DNA from: Verrucomicrobiales bacterium
GTDB taxonomy: Bacteria > Verrucomicrobiota > Verrucomicrobiia > Limisphaerales > J093
Assembly: GCA_024233305.1 (NCBI GenBank)
Contig: JACKPV010000023.1
Coordinates: 590,789 to 654,788, forward strand
Length of the DNA stretch: 64,000 nucleotides
Direction of reading: 5' to 3'
The notes under the pieces are model-generated. The model was not told the DNA's origin and did no database searches. It saw nothing but the letters and a program-made list of their open reading frames with translations. A program made the position numbers and the translations under genes. Of this stretch, positions 46,165-55,621 are shown piece by piece; position 1 is the first letter of the stretch; each line of letters starts with the position of its first letter.

Positions 46165-49100
46165 ATGAAAACACTTCTGTTGCTCGGCCTCGGCCTGGGA
46201 TTCGCGACCGGCCACGCGGGGAGCTTCGACATCCCGGCCTGGGCCTTCGATCGCGGCAACGTCCGGGTGTTTACGGACCAATGGGCCGACGCCGGCCCGA
46301 TGGTTGCCTACGGGGGGCGGTCGCCCATCGTTGTCGAATACGACCTTGAACTGCCGGTCGGCGGTCGCTATGGGCTGTCCGTTCAGTATGCGGCGGGCAC
46401 GCCCCGACCGGTGGAACTGCGCATTGACGGTCGTCCGCAAGGAACCGTCTGTCGGACCAGCACCGGATCGTGGAACACGAGCGGCGCCGTCTGGGAAGAG
46501 GCAATCGGGTTCGAACTGGCTGCCGGGAAGCACTGCCTGCGCCTCGAACGGGGCGAGGCCTTTCCGCACGTGGTCGCCCTGCGACTGACTTCGCCGGCGA
46601 TTCCGGAAGGCTATCGGCCCCATCGGCCGGGCGCGCGCGCCCTGCCGGCGAATGCTGGCGAGGACGGGGCAACCGGGTTCGTAAAGGTGCCCAACCCAGC
46701 GGCGCTGCGCCGGGCCATCGAAGACCTGATCGCGTCGTATGGCGCCCGCTATGCCGGAGGGGCGTCCTTTCTCGAGCGTTTGGCGGCAATCGAAGCCGCC
46801 CTCGAGTCGGACGAACCGGCCCGGAAGTCCCGGGCGTCCGCCGGGCTTGAAACGCTCGAGCGGGAGGCGTTGCTGGCCAATCCGCTGCTCGATTTCGCTC
46901 GTTTGCTGTTACTTCAACGCGGATTCTCGAACCCGGCCGACGCGCGCCGGGCGATGGGGCAATCGCTGGGGGTCGGTTCGTTGAACGCGCATACCAGCGA
47001 CGACACCCCGCGGCAGGGTCGGTGGGATGACCGTCTCGTTGTCCTGTCCAACCTGCGCGGCGAGCCAAGGCGGGAAACCCTCTACGAACCGCCGGACCGG
47101 AACACGCTCCTCGATCCGGTGCTCGATTTCGATGGCGACCGGTTGCTGTTCGCGATGAACGGTCGGGAGGAGCGAAACTGGCGCCTTTGGGAACTGGGTG
47201 TTGACGATCGCGGGTTGCGGCAGGTAACGCCGGATGATGGCGCGGACGTGGCGCATTTCGATCCCTGCTACCTGTCCAACGGGCGCATCATCTTCGCCTC
47301 GACGGCGGTCTACCAGGGGTTGCCGTGCGAGTTTGGGGCGCAGGCGATGACCTGTCTCTATCTGCTCGATCCGCGGACGCAGGGCATCCGCCAGCTGACC
47401 TTCGAGCAGGACAGCGACTGGTGCCCCACCATGCTGCCGAATGGGCGCGTGCTTTATCTGCGCTGGGAATACACGGATCAGTCGCACTCGAACTCGCGGA
47501 TCCTGTTTCACATGAACCCGGATGGCACGGATCAGCGCGAGTTCCGGGGGAGCGGCTCGTGGTTTCCCGGTTCCTTCTTCTATGCGAAGCCGCTGCCCGG
47601 CGACAGCCACCGGGTGATCGGCATCGCCACCGGCCACCATGGCACGCCGCGCTCGGGGCGGTTGTTGATCCTCGATCCGCGGGAAGGACGGCGGGACGGG
47701 GAGGGGATTGTGCAGGAGATCACGGGCTACGGGGAGGTGGTTGAGCCCGTCGTGCGTGATCGCCTGGTGGACGGGGTTTGGCCTCAGTTCCTGATGCCGT
47801 GGCCGCTGAGCGCGAAATACCACCTGGTCGCGGCGAAGCTCGAACCCGGCGGCCTGTGGGGCATTTATCTGGCGGACGTGTTCGACAATCTCACGCTGAT
47901 TTCCGAATACGAGGGGAGCGCCCTGCTCTGGCCCATCCCGCTGCGCCAAACCGCGCCACCACCGGTGATTCCTGACCGGGTGGATCCCACGCGCGACGAC
48001 GCGACGGTGTTCATCACCGACGTGCATGCCGGCCCGGGGTTGAAGGGGGTTCCGCGCGGCACGGTGAAGGCCCTGCGGATCATCGAATACTATTTCTCGC
48101 ACCGGGGTTTTGGCGGGCTTTACGGCACGCTTGGTATCGATGGCCCGTGGGATGTCAAACGCATCCTGGGCACCGTTCCCGTTGAACCCGACGGTTCGGC
48201 GTTTTTCACCATCCCGGCCAATTCGCCGCTGTCGCTGCAACCCGTGGACGAACAGGGCCAGGCGCTGCAACTCATGCGCAGTTGGTTCGTCGGGATGCCG
48301 GGCGAGGCGGTTTCCTGTGCCGGCTGCCACGAGACCCAGGATGCCGTGTCGCCCGGCCGGTTGACGATTGCCGCCCGACGTCCGCCGACGCCCATCGAAC
48401 CCTGGTACGGCCCGGCCCGAGGGTTCAGCTTCATCCGGGAAGTCCAGCCGGTGCTGGACAAATACTGTGTCGCCTGTCACGAGGACGCCCGCGAGGGCGA
48501 TCAGCGGGAGATCGCCGGCGCAAGCAAGCCGCCGAGCCTGAAAGGCGGTCAGTGGCTGGAGGACTGGTCCAGCCAACTCGCCGGGCGTTGGGTGGGCGGC
48601 GGCAACTTCACCGAGTCCTATTACCAACTTCAGCGGTACGTTCGCCGGCCTGGTATTGAAGGGGACCGGCGGATGTTCCCGCCGCTGGAGTATCACTTCA
48701 GCACGACGGAACTCGGCCAGTTGCTCGCCAAGGGACATCACGGCGTGACGCTGGATCGGGAAGCCCACGAGCGGTTGGCCGCTTGGGTGGATCTGAACGC
48801 GCCCTTCCACGGGACCTGGGGGGAGATTCCGCCGTTCAACGGGGACTCGGACGATGCCCGGCGCCTGGCGCAGGTGCATGCGCGGGCCATGGAATTGCGC
48901 CGGCGCTACGTCCCGATGGGGCCGCATCCGGACTATGAGATTGTGCCCGAGCAACCGGCTTACGATACGACGCCGGTGAGGTTTGAGGGTCCGGAAAGTT
49001 CTCTGGAGGTGCGGAAAACGACTTCCCAAGGGACGGTTGCGCGCGGGCCGGAGGCGACCGGATGGCCATTCGACGCGGCGACCGCGGCCGTCCGTCAGCA

Positions 49101-50013
49101 AGCGGCCGCCGATCCGGGGCCCATGCGGCGTGAACTCGACCTGGGCGACGGGGTGACGCTCGAACTCGTGCGGATTCCCGGCGGGACATTCGTGATGGGC
49201 TCGACGGCAGGGCATCCGGATGAGGCGCCGCCGGGCGTGACCACCGTGCGCCCGTTCTGGATGGCCCGGTTCGAGACCACCAATCGGCAGTTCCGACAGT
49301 TCCAACCCGAACACGACAGCCGGACCGAGGATCGGCATGGGTATCAGTTCGGTCGGCTCGGCTATGACCTGAACGGTCCCGAACAACCGGTGGTCCGGGT
49401 CTCCTGGTCCGACGCGGTGGCCTTCTGTGACTGGCTCGGCAAACGGACGGGCATTCGAGTGGCGCTGCCGACCGAGGCCGAGTGGGAATGGGCCTGTCGC
49501 GCCGGCACGGCGACGCCGTTCTGGTTCGGTGGGCTGGAGGCGGACTATTCCGCCTGCGCCAACGTGGGCGACCGGATGCTGGCGGAGTTCGCCGCCGACA
49601 CGGCCCTGGACAACTACACGGCCGCCCGGCCGATGGAGAATCCGAATCGCTACGATGACTGGATTCCCCGTGACGATCGCTTCTCCGACGGTGGCTTTGT
49701 GACGGAGACCGTCGGGCGATATCGGGCGAACGCGTGGGGTTTGCGCGACATGCACGGCAATGTCTGGGAATGGACCCGGTCCGCCTACGCGCCCTATCCG
49801 TATCGTGACGACCGCCGAAACGAGGCACGGCATGCCGGGCGGCGCGTCGTGCGCGGCGGGTCCTGGTATGATCGTCCGGAGCGGTGCACGGCGAGCCGCC
49901 GGCTGGCCTATCCGCCTTGGCAGGCGGTGTTCAACGTGGGTTTCCGCGTCGTGATCCCGGACGATTCGGAGGCCATGAACCTCGCGTCCAACGACGGCGC
50001 ATCGGAACCGTGA
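46165..50013 (+). CDS. Large secreted multidomain protein: N-terminal beta-sandwich-like region, TolB/PD40-like propeller region, two CXXCH motifs, C-terminal formylglycine-generating-enzyme (FGE/SUMF1) domain
   Basis: The signal peptide is MKTLLLLGLGLGFATGHA. CXXCH motifs lie at 48316..48330 (CAGCH) and 48466..48480 (VQPVLDKYCVACH, PSCyt-like). The FGE domain shows GGTFVMGS, PVVRVSWSDAVAFCDWL, LPTEAEWEWACRAG, MHGNVWEWT, RVVRGGSW and GFRVV. Confidence 0.8.
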   Translation: MKTLLLLGLGLGFATGHAGSFDIPAWAFDRGNVRVFTDQWADAGPMVAYGGRSPIVVEYDLELPVGGRYGLSVQYAAGTPRPVELRIDGRPQGTVCRTSTGSWNTSGAVWEEAIGFELAAGKHCLRLERGEAFPHVVALRLTSPAIPEGYRPHRPGARALPANAGEDGATGFVKVPNPAALRRAIEDLIASYGARYAGGASFLERLAAIEAALESDEPARKSRASAGLETLEREALLANPLLDFARLLLLQRGFSNPADARRAMGQSLGVGSLNAHTSDDTPRQGRWDDRLVVLSNLRGEPRRETLYEPPDRNTLLDPVLDFDGDRLLFAMNGREERNWRLWELGVDDRGLRQVTPDDGADVAHFDPCYLSNGRIIFASTAVYQGLPCEFGAQAMTCLYLLDPRTQGIRQLTFEQDSDWCPTMLPNGRVLYLRWEYTDQSHSNSRILFHMNPDGTDQREFRGSGSWFPGSFFYAKPLPGDSHRVIGIATGHHGTPRSGRLLILDPREGRRDGEGIVQEITGYGEVVEPVVRDRLVDGVWPQFLMPWPLSAKYHLVAAKLEPGGLWGIYLADVFDNLTLISEYEGSALLWPIPLRQTAPPPVIPDRVDPTRDDATVFITDVHAGPGLKGVPRGTVKALRIIEYYFSHRGFGGLYGTLGIDGPWDVKRILGTVPVEPDGSAFFTIPANSPLSLQPVDEQGQALQLMRSWFVGMPGEAVSCAGCHETQDAVSPGRLTIAARRPPTPIEPWYGPARGFSFIREVQPVLDKYCVACHEDAREGDQREIAGASKPPSLKGGQWLEDWSSQLAGRWVGGGNFTESYYQLQRYVRRPGIEGDRRMFPPLEYHFSTTELGQLLAKGHHGVTLDREAHERLAAWVDLNAPFHGTWGEIPPFNGDSDDARRLAQVHARAMELRRRYVPMGPHPDYEIVPEQPAYDTTPVRFEGPESSLEVRKTTSQGTVARGPEATGWPFDAATAAVRQQAAADPGPMRRELDLGDGVTLELVRIPGGTFVMGSTAGHPDEAPPGVTTVRPFWMARFETTNRQFRQFQPEHDSRTEDRHGYQFGRLGYDLNGPEQPVVRVSWSDAVAFCDWLGKRTGIRVALPTEAEWEWACRAGTATPFWFGGLEADYSACANVGDRMLAEFAADTALDNYTAARPMENPNRYDDWIPRDDRFSDGGFVTETVGRYRANAWGLRDMHGNVWEWTRSAYAPYPYRDDRRNEARHAGRRVVRGGSWYDRPERCTASRRLAYPPWQAVFNVGFRVVIPDDSEAMNLASNDGASEP

Positions 50014-50545
50014 CCGCCCCGTCGCGGGTCACGAACGAACGTGCTCGCAGGCCACTTCTTGGCGGTTGAGGTTGTTGCATTCTCCCCCTTGATCGCGACC
50101 CTCTCCTTACCCGGCGCCAGATCGATTCCTTACCCGTTACCGGATTGCGAACCGGTCACCATATCTCCAATGGCCGCCAGCTCCACCGGAAGGTCCTCGA
50201 TCCTGCTACGAGCGTGTTACCTTGTTACCGAGAAGCGCCTGCAAGCGGGTTGATACACCCAGCGCAATGGCCATGGAGCGAGGAGCACCCGCTGCCATGC
50301 CAAGGCCGCTCAAGCGGGGTTGAATCGCGGGCCGCCTGCACGGGTTTCCTTCTCTTCGAGGGTAGGAACGAGGTGGGCGTTTCCGTGCGGCAGCGATTTG
50401 CGGTGTTCGCCCGCGCAGGTCCCCTCAAGACAGCGCCCAGCAGCGCGGCAAGAAACCGCGCCGGGGAAGGAGCGCGATCAGGAGGCTCGCGTGCGAGGGC
50501 GGCGGCTCGTTGCGGCTCAGCCTGGCGGTGGCCTCCGGGGACGCG

Positions 50546-51688
50546 TCAGAGCCGCAGCCCTCGGGCAATGATGTTGCGCTGGATTTCCGAGGTGCCGGAG
50601 TAGAGCGTGCTGCCGATGGCATCTCGGAGTTCCCGCTCCAGCCCCACCTCGGCCATGTAGCCCGTGGCCCCGTGGATCTGAACAGCGTCGAGGCTGGAGG
50701 CGATGAACGCCTCCGAAACGTGGAGTTTGGTCATCGCAGCGTCCAGGTCTGCGGAACGGTTTTGGGAAAGCAACCAGGCGACTCGATAGATCATCAGCCG
50801 GGAGGTATCGAGGCGGAGCTTCATGTCGACCAGCCGGTTGGCGACGGACTGGAATTTTCCGATGGGCTGACCGAACTGCCTGCGGGTCCGGGCATGTTCC
50901 AGGCAGCGCTCAAGCTGGCGCTGCATCGTTCCCAGGCAGGCGGCCAGGATGCATGACCGTTCCCATGCCATCGAACAATTGAACACCTCGGCGCCACGCC
51001 CTTCACGGCCAAGCAGGGCGGTGGCGGGGATTGCGCAGTCGTCGAAGGCGAGTTCGGCCATCGGGGAGGTTCGGAGCCCCATCTTGTCCATCTTCTGCCC
51101 GACCTGCAATCCGGCGGTCCCCTTGTCGATGACGAAGGCGCAGATCCCCATCGTTCCCAGGCCGGGATCCAGGGTGGCGTAGACCGTGAAGACGTCCGCC
51201 ACCGGGGCGTTGGTCACCCAGGTCTTGGCGCCGCTGAGGATGTAGCCGTCATCCGACTTCCTTGCCCGGGTGCGCATGGAAAACACGTCGGACCCGGCAT
51301 CGGGCTCGCTGGCGCCGTTGGCCCCGATCAACGAGCCGTCACACAAGCCGGGGAGGTACCGCCGCTTCTGTTCCTCGGAGCCGTACCGCAGCAGCGGTAT
51401 GGAGTTGGTCCAAAGGTGGGCGTTGATTGAGAAGAGCAATCCCTGATCGAGACCGCCATAGCCCAGTCCCTCCATGACCGCGGCGGTGCTGATGGCATCC
51501 AGCCCGCTGCCACCGTAATCCTCGGGCACGGGGAGCCCCTGCACGCCGAAGTCGGCACACTTGCGCCACAGCTCGCGGGAAAAACTGGCGGCGGCATCGC
51601 GCTCCCGGATCCCCTGCTGCATCCCGCGGGCAAATTCAATGGCCGCCTTCTGCAGTTCCCGTTGGTCGGTCGTCAGTTCGAAGTCCAT
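50546..51688 (-). CDS. Acyl-CoA dehydrogenase family flavoprotein
   Basis: MDFELTTDQRELQKAAIEFA..., GANGASEPDAGSD, WVTNAPVADVF and a C-terminus of IHGATGYM...RDAIGSTLYSGTSEIQRNIIAR. Confidence 0.88.
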   Translation of the reverse strand: MDFELTTDQRELQKAAIEFARGMQQGIRERDAAASFSRELWRKCADFGVQGLPVPEDYGGSGLDAISTAAVMEGLGYGGLDQGLLFSINAHLWTNSIPLLRYGSEEQKRRYLPGLCDGSLIGANGASEPDAGSDVFSMRTRARKSDDGYILSGAKTWVTNAPVADVFTVYATLDPGLGTMGICAFVIDKGTAGLQVGQKMDKMGLRTSPMAELAFDDCAIPATALLGREGRGAEVFNCSMAWERSCILAACLGTMQRQLERCLEHARTRRQFGQPIGKFQSVANRLVDMKLRLDTSRLMIYRVAWLLSQNRSADLDAAMTKLHVSEAFIASSLDAVQIHGATGYMAEVGLERELRDAIGSTLYSGTSEIQRNIIARGLRL

Positions 51689-51788
51689 GGTCTTGTTGGC
51701 AGCGTGTTTCTTGATCCCGGCAGGCCGGCCACCGGACGTCCGGAATCCGGCTGGTCAGGTTTCACCGGTCCTCCAGTAGGCGGTTGAT

Positions 51789-53870
51789 TCATGCGGTTGA
51801 GTCGGATTGAAGCTGGTCGTCCAGAATCTCGGCCACATCCCGGACGTTGGTTGTCACATCCCTTGCCGCCAGCCCTTCGGTCATCATCACCAAGCAAAAC
51901 GGGCAGGACACCGCGAGCGTGTCTGCGCCGGCGGCTTCGATTTCTGCCAGGCGCTCGCGGCCGGCCCGGCGTTCCGGGGCTTCATCAAACCACATTCGCC
52001 CGCCGCCAGCGCCGCAGCAGGCCGTGTTTCTTCCCTTGCGCGGCAACTCCGTGAACGGCGCGCCCTGGCGGGCGGCCCGCAGCAGCCTCCGTGGCTCGTC
52101 CACCCCCCCGCCAACCCGGGCCAAGTAGCACGGATCATGGTAGGTCAACGGCGCCGCTGCGTTCCCTCCGTCCGGCCCTTTGACGGCCAGCCTTCCCGAG
52201 GTCAGCAGATCATCCAGGAACTCGGTGTGGTGGACGACGTCGAGCCGGGCTCCCATCTGGGCATAATCCTGCCGCAGGCTGTTCACACAATGCGGGCAGT
52301 GGGCCACGATGCGTTTTCCACCCGCACCGATGCCGTGCTTTCGGAAGCTCTCCAGATTGCGGCCCGCGAGTTCCTGGAACAGGAGTTCGTCCCCCATGCG
52401 ACGGGCCGACTCGCCGGTGCATTGTTCCCGGTTCCCGAGAACCGCGAAGTTGACCCCGGCGGCGCGCATGAGCCGGACCAGACTCCTTGCCACCTTCTGG
52501 ATCCGACGGTCGTAAGCGGCGGCACACCCAACCCAGTAGACGAGCTCACAATCCGGATTCTCCTCAATCGTGGGAACCTCCAGTCCCGCCGCCCAAGCCA
52601 TCCGTTCGCCGGAGGACATGCCCCACGGGTTGCCGGCACGCAGGGTTTTCTGCAGCGCCTGCGCCGGCGTGCCACGCAACCCGGAGGCGGTGACGGTCGC
52701 GCGACGCAGGTCCAGCAGGAACCCGACCGGGTTCACCGCCAGCGGACACACCTCCGCGCATGCGGAGCAGGTCGTGCACGCCCACAGCGCGGGGGACCCC
52801 ACTACCTCGCCTGCCAGGTCCCGACCCTCGTCCGAGGTTCCCTCCCCCGGGTGGCCGGGAGATCTCGCGAGAACCGTCCGATCCATCTCGGCGCGGAGAC
52901 CAAGCACCACTTCGCGGGGTGACAACGGCTGCCCCGCCTCATGGGCCGGACAAGCCTGGTCGCATCGCCCACAGGCCACACAGGCATCCAGCGCCATCAA
53001 CTGCCCGCGGGAAAACTGCTCGATCCGGGTCACCCCGAGTTCGCCCGTGGCTTCAACCTCCTCGATCGAAACCGGACGGAGATTCCCCAGCCGGACGGGC
53101 CCGCCCGCCAGCCGAAGCGTCCCGGCGATGGCATGCAGGAGGCGGCTGTAGGGAAATAGACCGATCAAGCCAAGGGCGAGCACCGCGTGGATCCACCAGG
53201 CAATCTGATGCGCGGTCGCCGCGCCCGCCGCGGTGAGACCCGCGGCCGCGAAACCGTGCGCCAGGGGTGCTCCGACAAACGAAAGCCACGGCAGCGGGGT
53301 TTGCTCCCGCAGAATGCGAAGGCCCTCGAGCAGATAGCCGGTCACCGAAATCGAGGCGAGCAGCCCGAGCACCAACCAGTCGCCTGGCGCGTTTGGCGAG
53401 GTCCTTGGCTGACGCCACCGGCGGTGCGCGAAGAAGGCGCACCCGGCCAGAACCGCCAGGCCCGCGAAGTCGAGGACGGGTTCATAAATGGCGTAGTACA
53501 GCCCTTTGTGGAAGACGGGGCCTCCCCCAGCGGGCGTCCAGAGCGCGGCGAGCCAGTGTTCAACGCCGATCAACGTGGTGCCGAGGAGCAGGAGGCAGAA
53601 CCCGCCGAAGAGCAGCAGGTGGGCGGCGTGGGCGCTGGTCCGCCCCCGGTTGCGACGCTGCAGAAGCGCCAGGCGCCAGAGGTTTCTCCCGATGGTTCTC
53701 CAAGGGGGCAGCCCGGATTCCGGGCGGCCCCGAAGCCAGAGCCGGACGCGGCGGATCACGGCCTGGGCGAGCACTGCAACGACGAGGCAGGAGAGCCCGT
53801 AGAACAGGAGCCGGGCTTCGGCTGACACATTGCCGAAGATCTCGCGGCTGAGCCCGGGGAGCGAGGCCAT
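51789..53870 (-). CDS. Membrane-bound Fe-S oxidoreductase (multi-TM N-terminus, two 4Fe-4S motifs, two CCG-type cysteine-rich domains), ETF-associated type
   Basis: The N-terminal half is hydrophobic. The cluster motifs are CVACGRCDQACP and CTTCSACAEVCP. The CCG-like motifs are YWVGCAAAYD, VAHCPHC, YHDPCYLAR and CCGAGGG. Confidence 0.8.
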   Translation of the reverse strand: MASLPGLSREIFGNVSAEARLLFYGLSCLVVAVLAQAVIRRVRLWLRGRPESGLPPWRTIGRNLWRLALLQRRNRGRTSAHAAHLLLFGGFCLLLLGTTLIGVEHWLAALWTPAGGGPVFHKGLYYAIYEPVLDFAGLAVLAGCAFFAHRRWRQPRTSPNAPGDWLVLGLLASISVTGYLLEGLRILREQTPLPWLSFVGAPLAHGFAAAGLTAAGAATAHQIAWWIHAVLALGLIGLFPYSRLLHAIAGTLRLAGGPVRLGNLRPVSIEEVEATGELGVTRIEQFSRGQLMALDACVACGRCDQACPAHEAGQPLSPREVVLGLRAEMDRTVLARSPGHPGEGTSDEGRDLAGEVVGSPALWACTTCSACAEVCPLAVNPVGFLLDLRRATVTASGLRGTPAQALQKTLRAGNPWGMSSGERMAWAAGLEVPTIEENPDCELVYWVGCAAAYDRRIQKVARSLVRLMRAAGVNFAVLGNREQCTGESARRMGDELLFQELAGRNLESFRKHGIGAGGKRIVAHCPHCVNSLRQDYAQMGARLDVVHHTEFLDDLLTSGRLAVKGPDGGNAAAPLTYHDPCYLARVGGGVDEPRRLLRAARQGAPFTELPRKGRNTACCGAGGGRMWFDEAPERRAGRERLAEIEAAGADTLAVSCPFCLVMMTEGLAARDVTTNVRDVAEILDDQLQSDSTA

Positions 53871-53876
53871 CGTCGT

Positions 53877-54857
53877 TCAGCGGGCGAGCGCCCGGACGAG
53901 CTGGGGCACGATTTCGCGCAGGTCACCCACCAGTCCATAATTGGCCAGCGAGAAGATCGGGGCATCGGGATCCGTGTTGACCGCTACGATGACCCGCGAG
54001 TTCTTCATCCCGGCGAGGTGCTGCACGGAGCCGGAGATGCCGAGCGCGACGTAGAGTTCAGGGCTCACCACCTTGCCGGTTTGCCCGACCTGCCATTCGT
54101 TCGGCGCAATGCCGGCATCGACCAACGCGCGCGTGCAGCCGGCGGCTCCCTGCAAGGCGTCGGCCAAGCCGCCGACGAACGCCTGAAACTCCTCGCTGGA
54201 GCGGAGGGGACGCCCCCCGGAGACCACCACGCGCGCCTCGCCGAGTTCGGGACGGTTCGTGGACCGCGATTCCAGGCCCACGAATTCGGTCCGGTCCGGC
54301 AGGGCGTCCGCGTTCAACGGCCAGTCCAAACAGCATGTGGCTTCGGATTCCGGCAGAGGCTTGGCCGACGGGAAGGCCGCGGCCCGAACGGTGATGATCT
54401 GCGGCGTCCCGTGCAGGACGAAACTGGCCATGGCGGCTCCGGCATGGATCGGCCGCTGCAACTCGACCCGCTCCGCCTCCGCCGCAGCACAAGCGGTAAC
54501 ATCCCCCCCCATCGCCGCGTCGACCACAGCCGCCACCCGCGGCAGAATGTCCCGCGAGAAGGTGGACGCAGCGGCCACCAGCTCCCGCACACCCTGTGCG
54601 CGGATGATGTCCGCAATCACGGCGGCGTAGCGTTCGGCCGTCGGTCGGGCCAGCAGCGAATGATCAGCAACCACCACGTCGCCGAAGCGCCGCGCGTCGT
54701 CTCTGACCGCGGCCAGCTCGCGGCCAAGGAGGAGTATGACCGGCTTGCTTCCCGAACGTGAGGCCAGGTCGCGGGCCACGGTCAACGCGCAAAGCGTACC
54801 GCGCCGCAAGGTCTTTCCGTCGTGTTCCGCCAGAACCAGCGTTTCCATTCGATCCAT
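53877..54857 (-). CDS. etfA: Electron transfer flavoprotein, alpha subunit
   Basis: PELYVALGISGSVQHLAGMKNSRVIVAVNTDPDAPIF is the FAD-binding signature region. Confidence 0.88.
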   Translation of the reverse strand: MDRMETLVLAEHDGKTLRRGTLCALTVARDLASRSGSKPVILLLGRELAAVRDDARRFGDVVVADHSLLARPTAERYAAVIADIIRAQGVRELVAAASTFSRDILPRVAAVVDAAMGGDVTACAAAEAERVELQRPIHAGAAMASFVLHGTPQIITVRAAAFPSAKPLPESEATCCLDWPLNADALPDRTEFVGLESRSTNRPELGEARVVVSGGRPLRSSEEFQAFVGGLADALQGAAGCTRALVDAGIAPNEWQVGQTGKVVSPELYVALGISGSVQHLAGMKNSRVIVAVNTDPDAPIFSLANYGLVGDLREIVPQLVRALAR

Positions 54858-54865
54858 TCCGGAAT

Positions 54866-55621
54866 TCAGATGACTTTCGCCTCGGAACGCAACCGATGGA
54901 GCAACTCATCCGTGTCAGCCACCCGCACGCACTCGCGGGCCATGGTCGACTGCTCCATCCGGAGCTGGACGACTCGGCTTCGCGGTTGGATCCCCAGGTC
55001 GGCCACCGGCAGCGTCTCAATCGGCTTCCGCCGCGCCCGCATGATCGCCGGCAGAGAGGCGTAGCGCGGCTCGTTCAATCGGAGGTCGGCGGTGATCACC
55101 GCCGGCAAACAAAGGCGCAGCGTCTCCAGGCCGTGGTCGGTTTCCCGCACCACTTGCACCCGGCCGTCCTCCAGAAACGTGATCACCGAGGCGAAGGTGG
55201 CCTGCGGCCAGTCGAGGAGACCAGCGAGCATGGGCCCGGCCTGCCCGGCATCGCTGTCCACCGCCTGCTTGCCGGCCAGAACCATCGCGGGCCCCTCCCG
55301 CCGCACGACCCCGGCCAGGATCTTGGCCACGCTCAGGGAATCCAACGACGCCTCGCAGGCCACCCGCAGACCGCGATCCGCCCCCATCGCCAGAGCCGTC
55401 CGGAGCTCCGCTTCGACCTCGGAATCCCCGATGCACACCGCCAGAACCTCCCCGCCGTCCGGGTGGCTGTCGCGGATTCGCAAGGCTTCCTCCAGGGCAA
55501 TGGCATCGAAGGGGTTGATCATGAACGCCCGTCCGTCATCCTCAATGCCGGTGCCATCCGGTCGGACGCGAACCGGCTCGTCCGCAGACGGGACGCGCTT
55601 GATCGGGACCAGCAACTTCAC
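54866..55621 (-). CDS. etfB: Electron transfer flavoprotein, beta subunit
   Basis: MKLLVPIKRVP...MINPFDAIALEEALRI...LAGKQAVDSDAGQAGPMLAGLLDWPQ. Confidence 0.88.
   Translation of the reverse strand: MKLLVPIKRVPSADEPVRVRPDGTGIEDDGRAFMINPFDAIALEEALRIRDSHPDGGEVLAVCIGDSEVEAELRTALAMGADRGLRVACEASLDSLSVAKILAGVVRREGPAMVLAGKQAVDSDAGQAGPMLAGLLDWPQATFASVITFLEDGRVQVVRETDHGLETLRLCLPAVITADLRLNEPRYASLPAIMRARRKPIETLPVADLGIQPRSRVVQLRMEQSTMARECVRVADTDELLHRLRSEAKVI

Noticed and set aside
50014-50545. 0.5-kb gap between the convergent FGE-domain and ACAD genes, including a weak hairpin at 50010..50032 and a protein-like minus-strand snippet (RIEDLPVELAAIGDMVTGSQSGNG)
   Set aside because: The snippet is bounded by a stop 28 codons upstream. 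No frame gives a convincing gene, and the hairpin lacks a U-tract. The gap is left unassigned.
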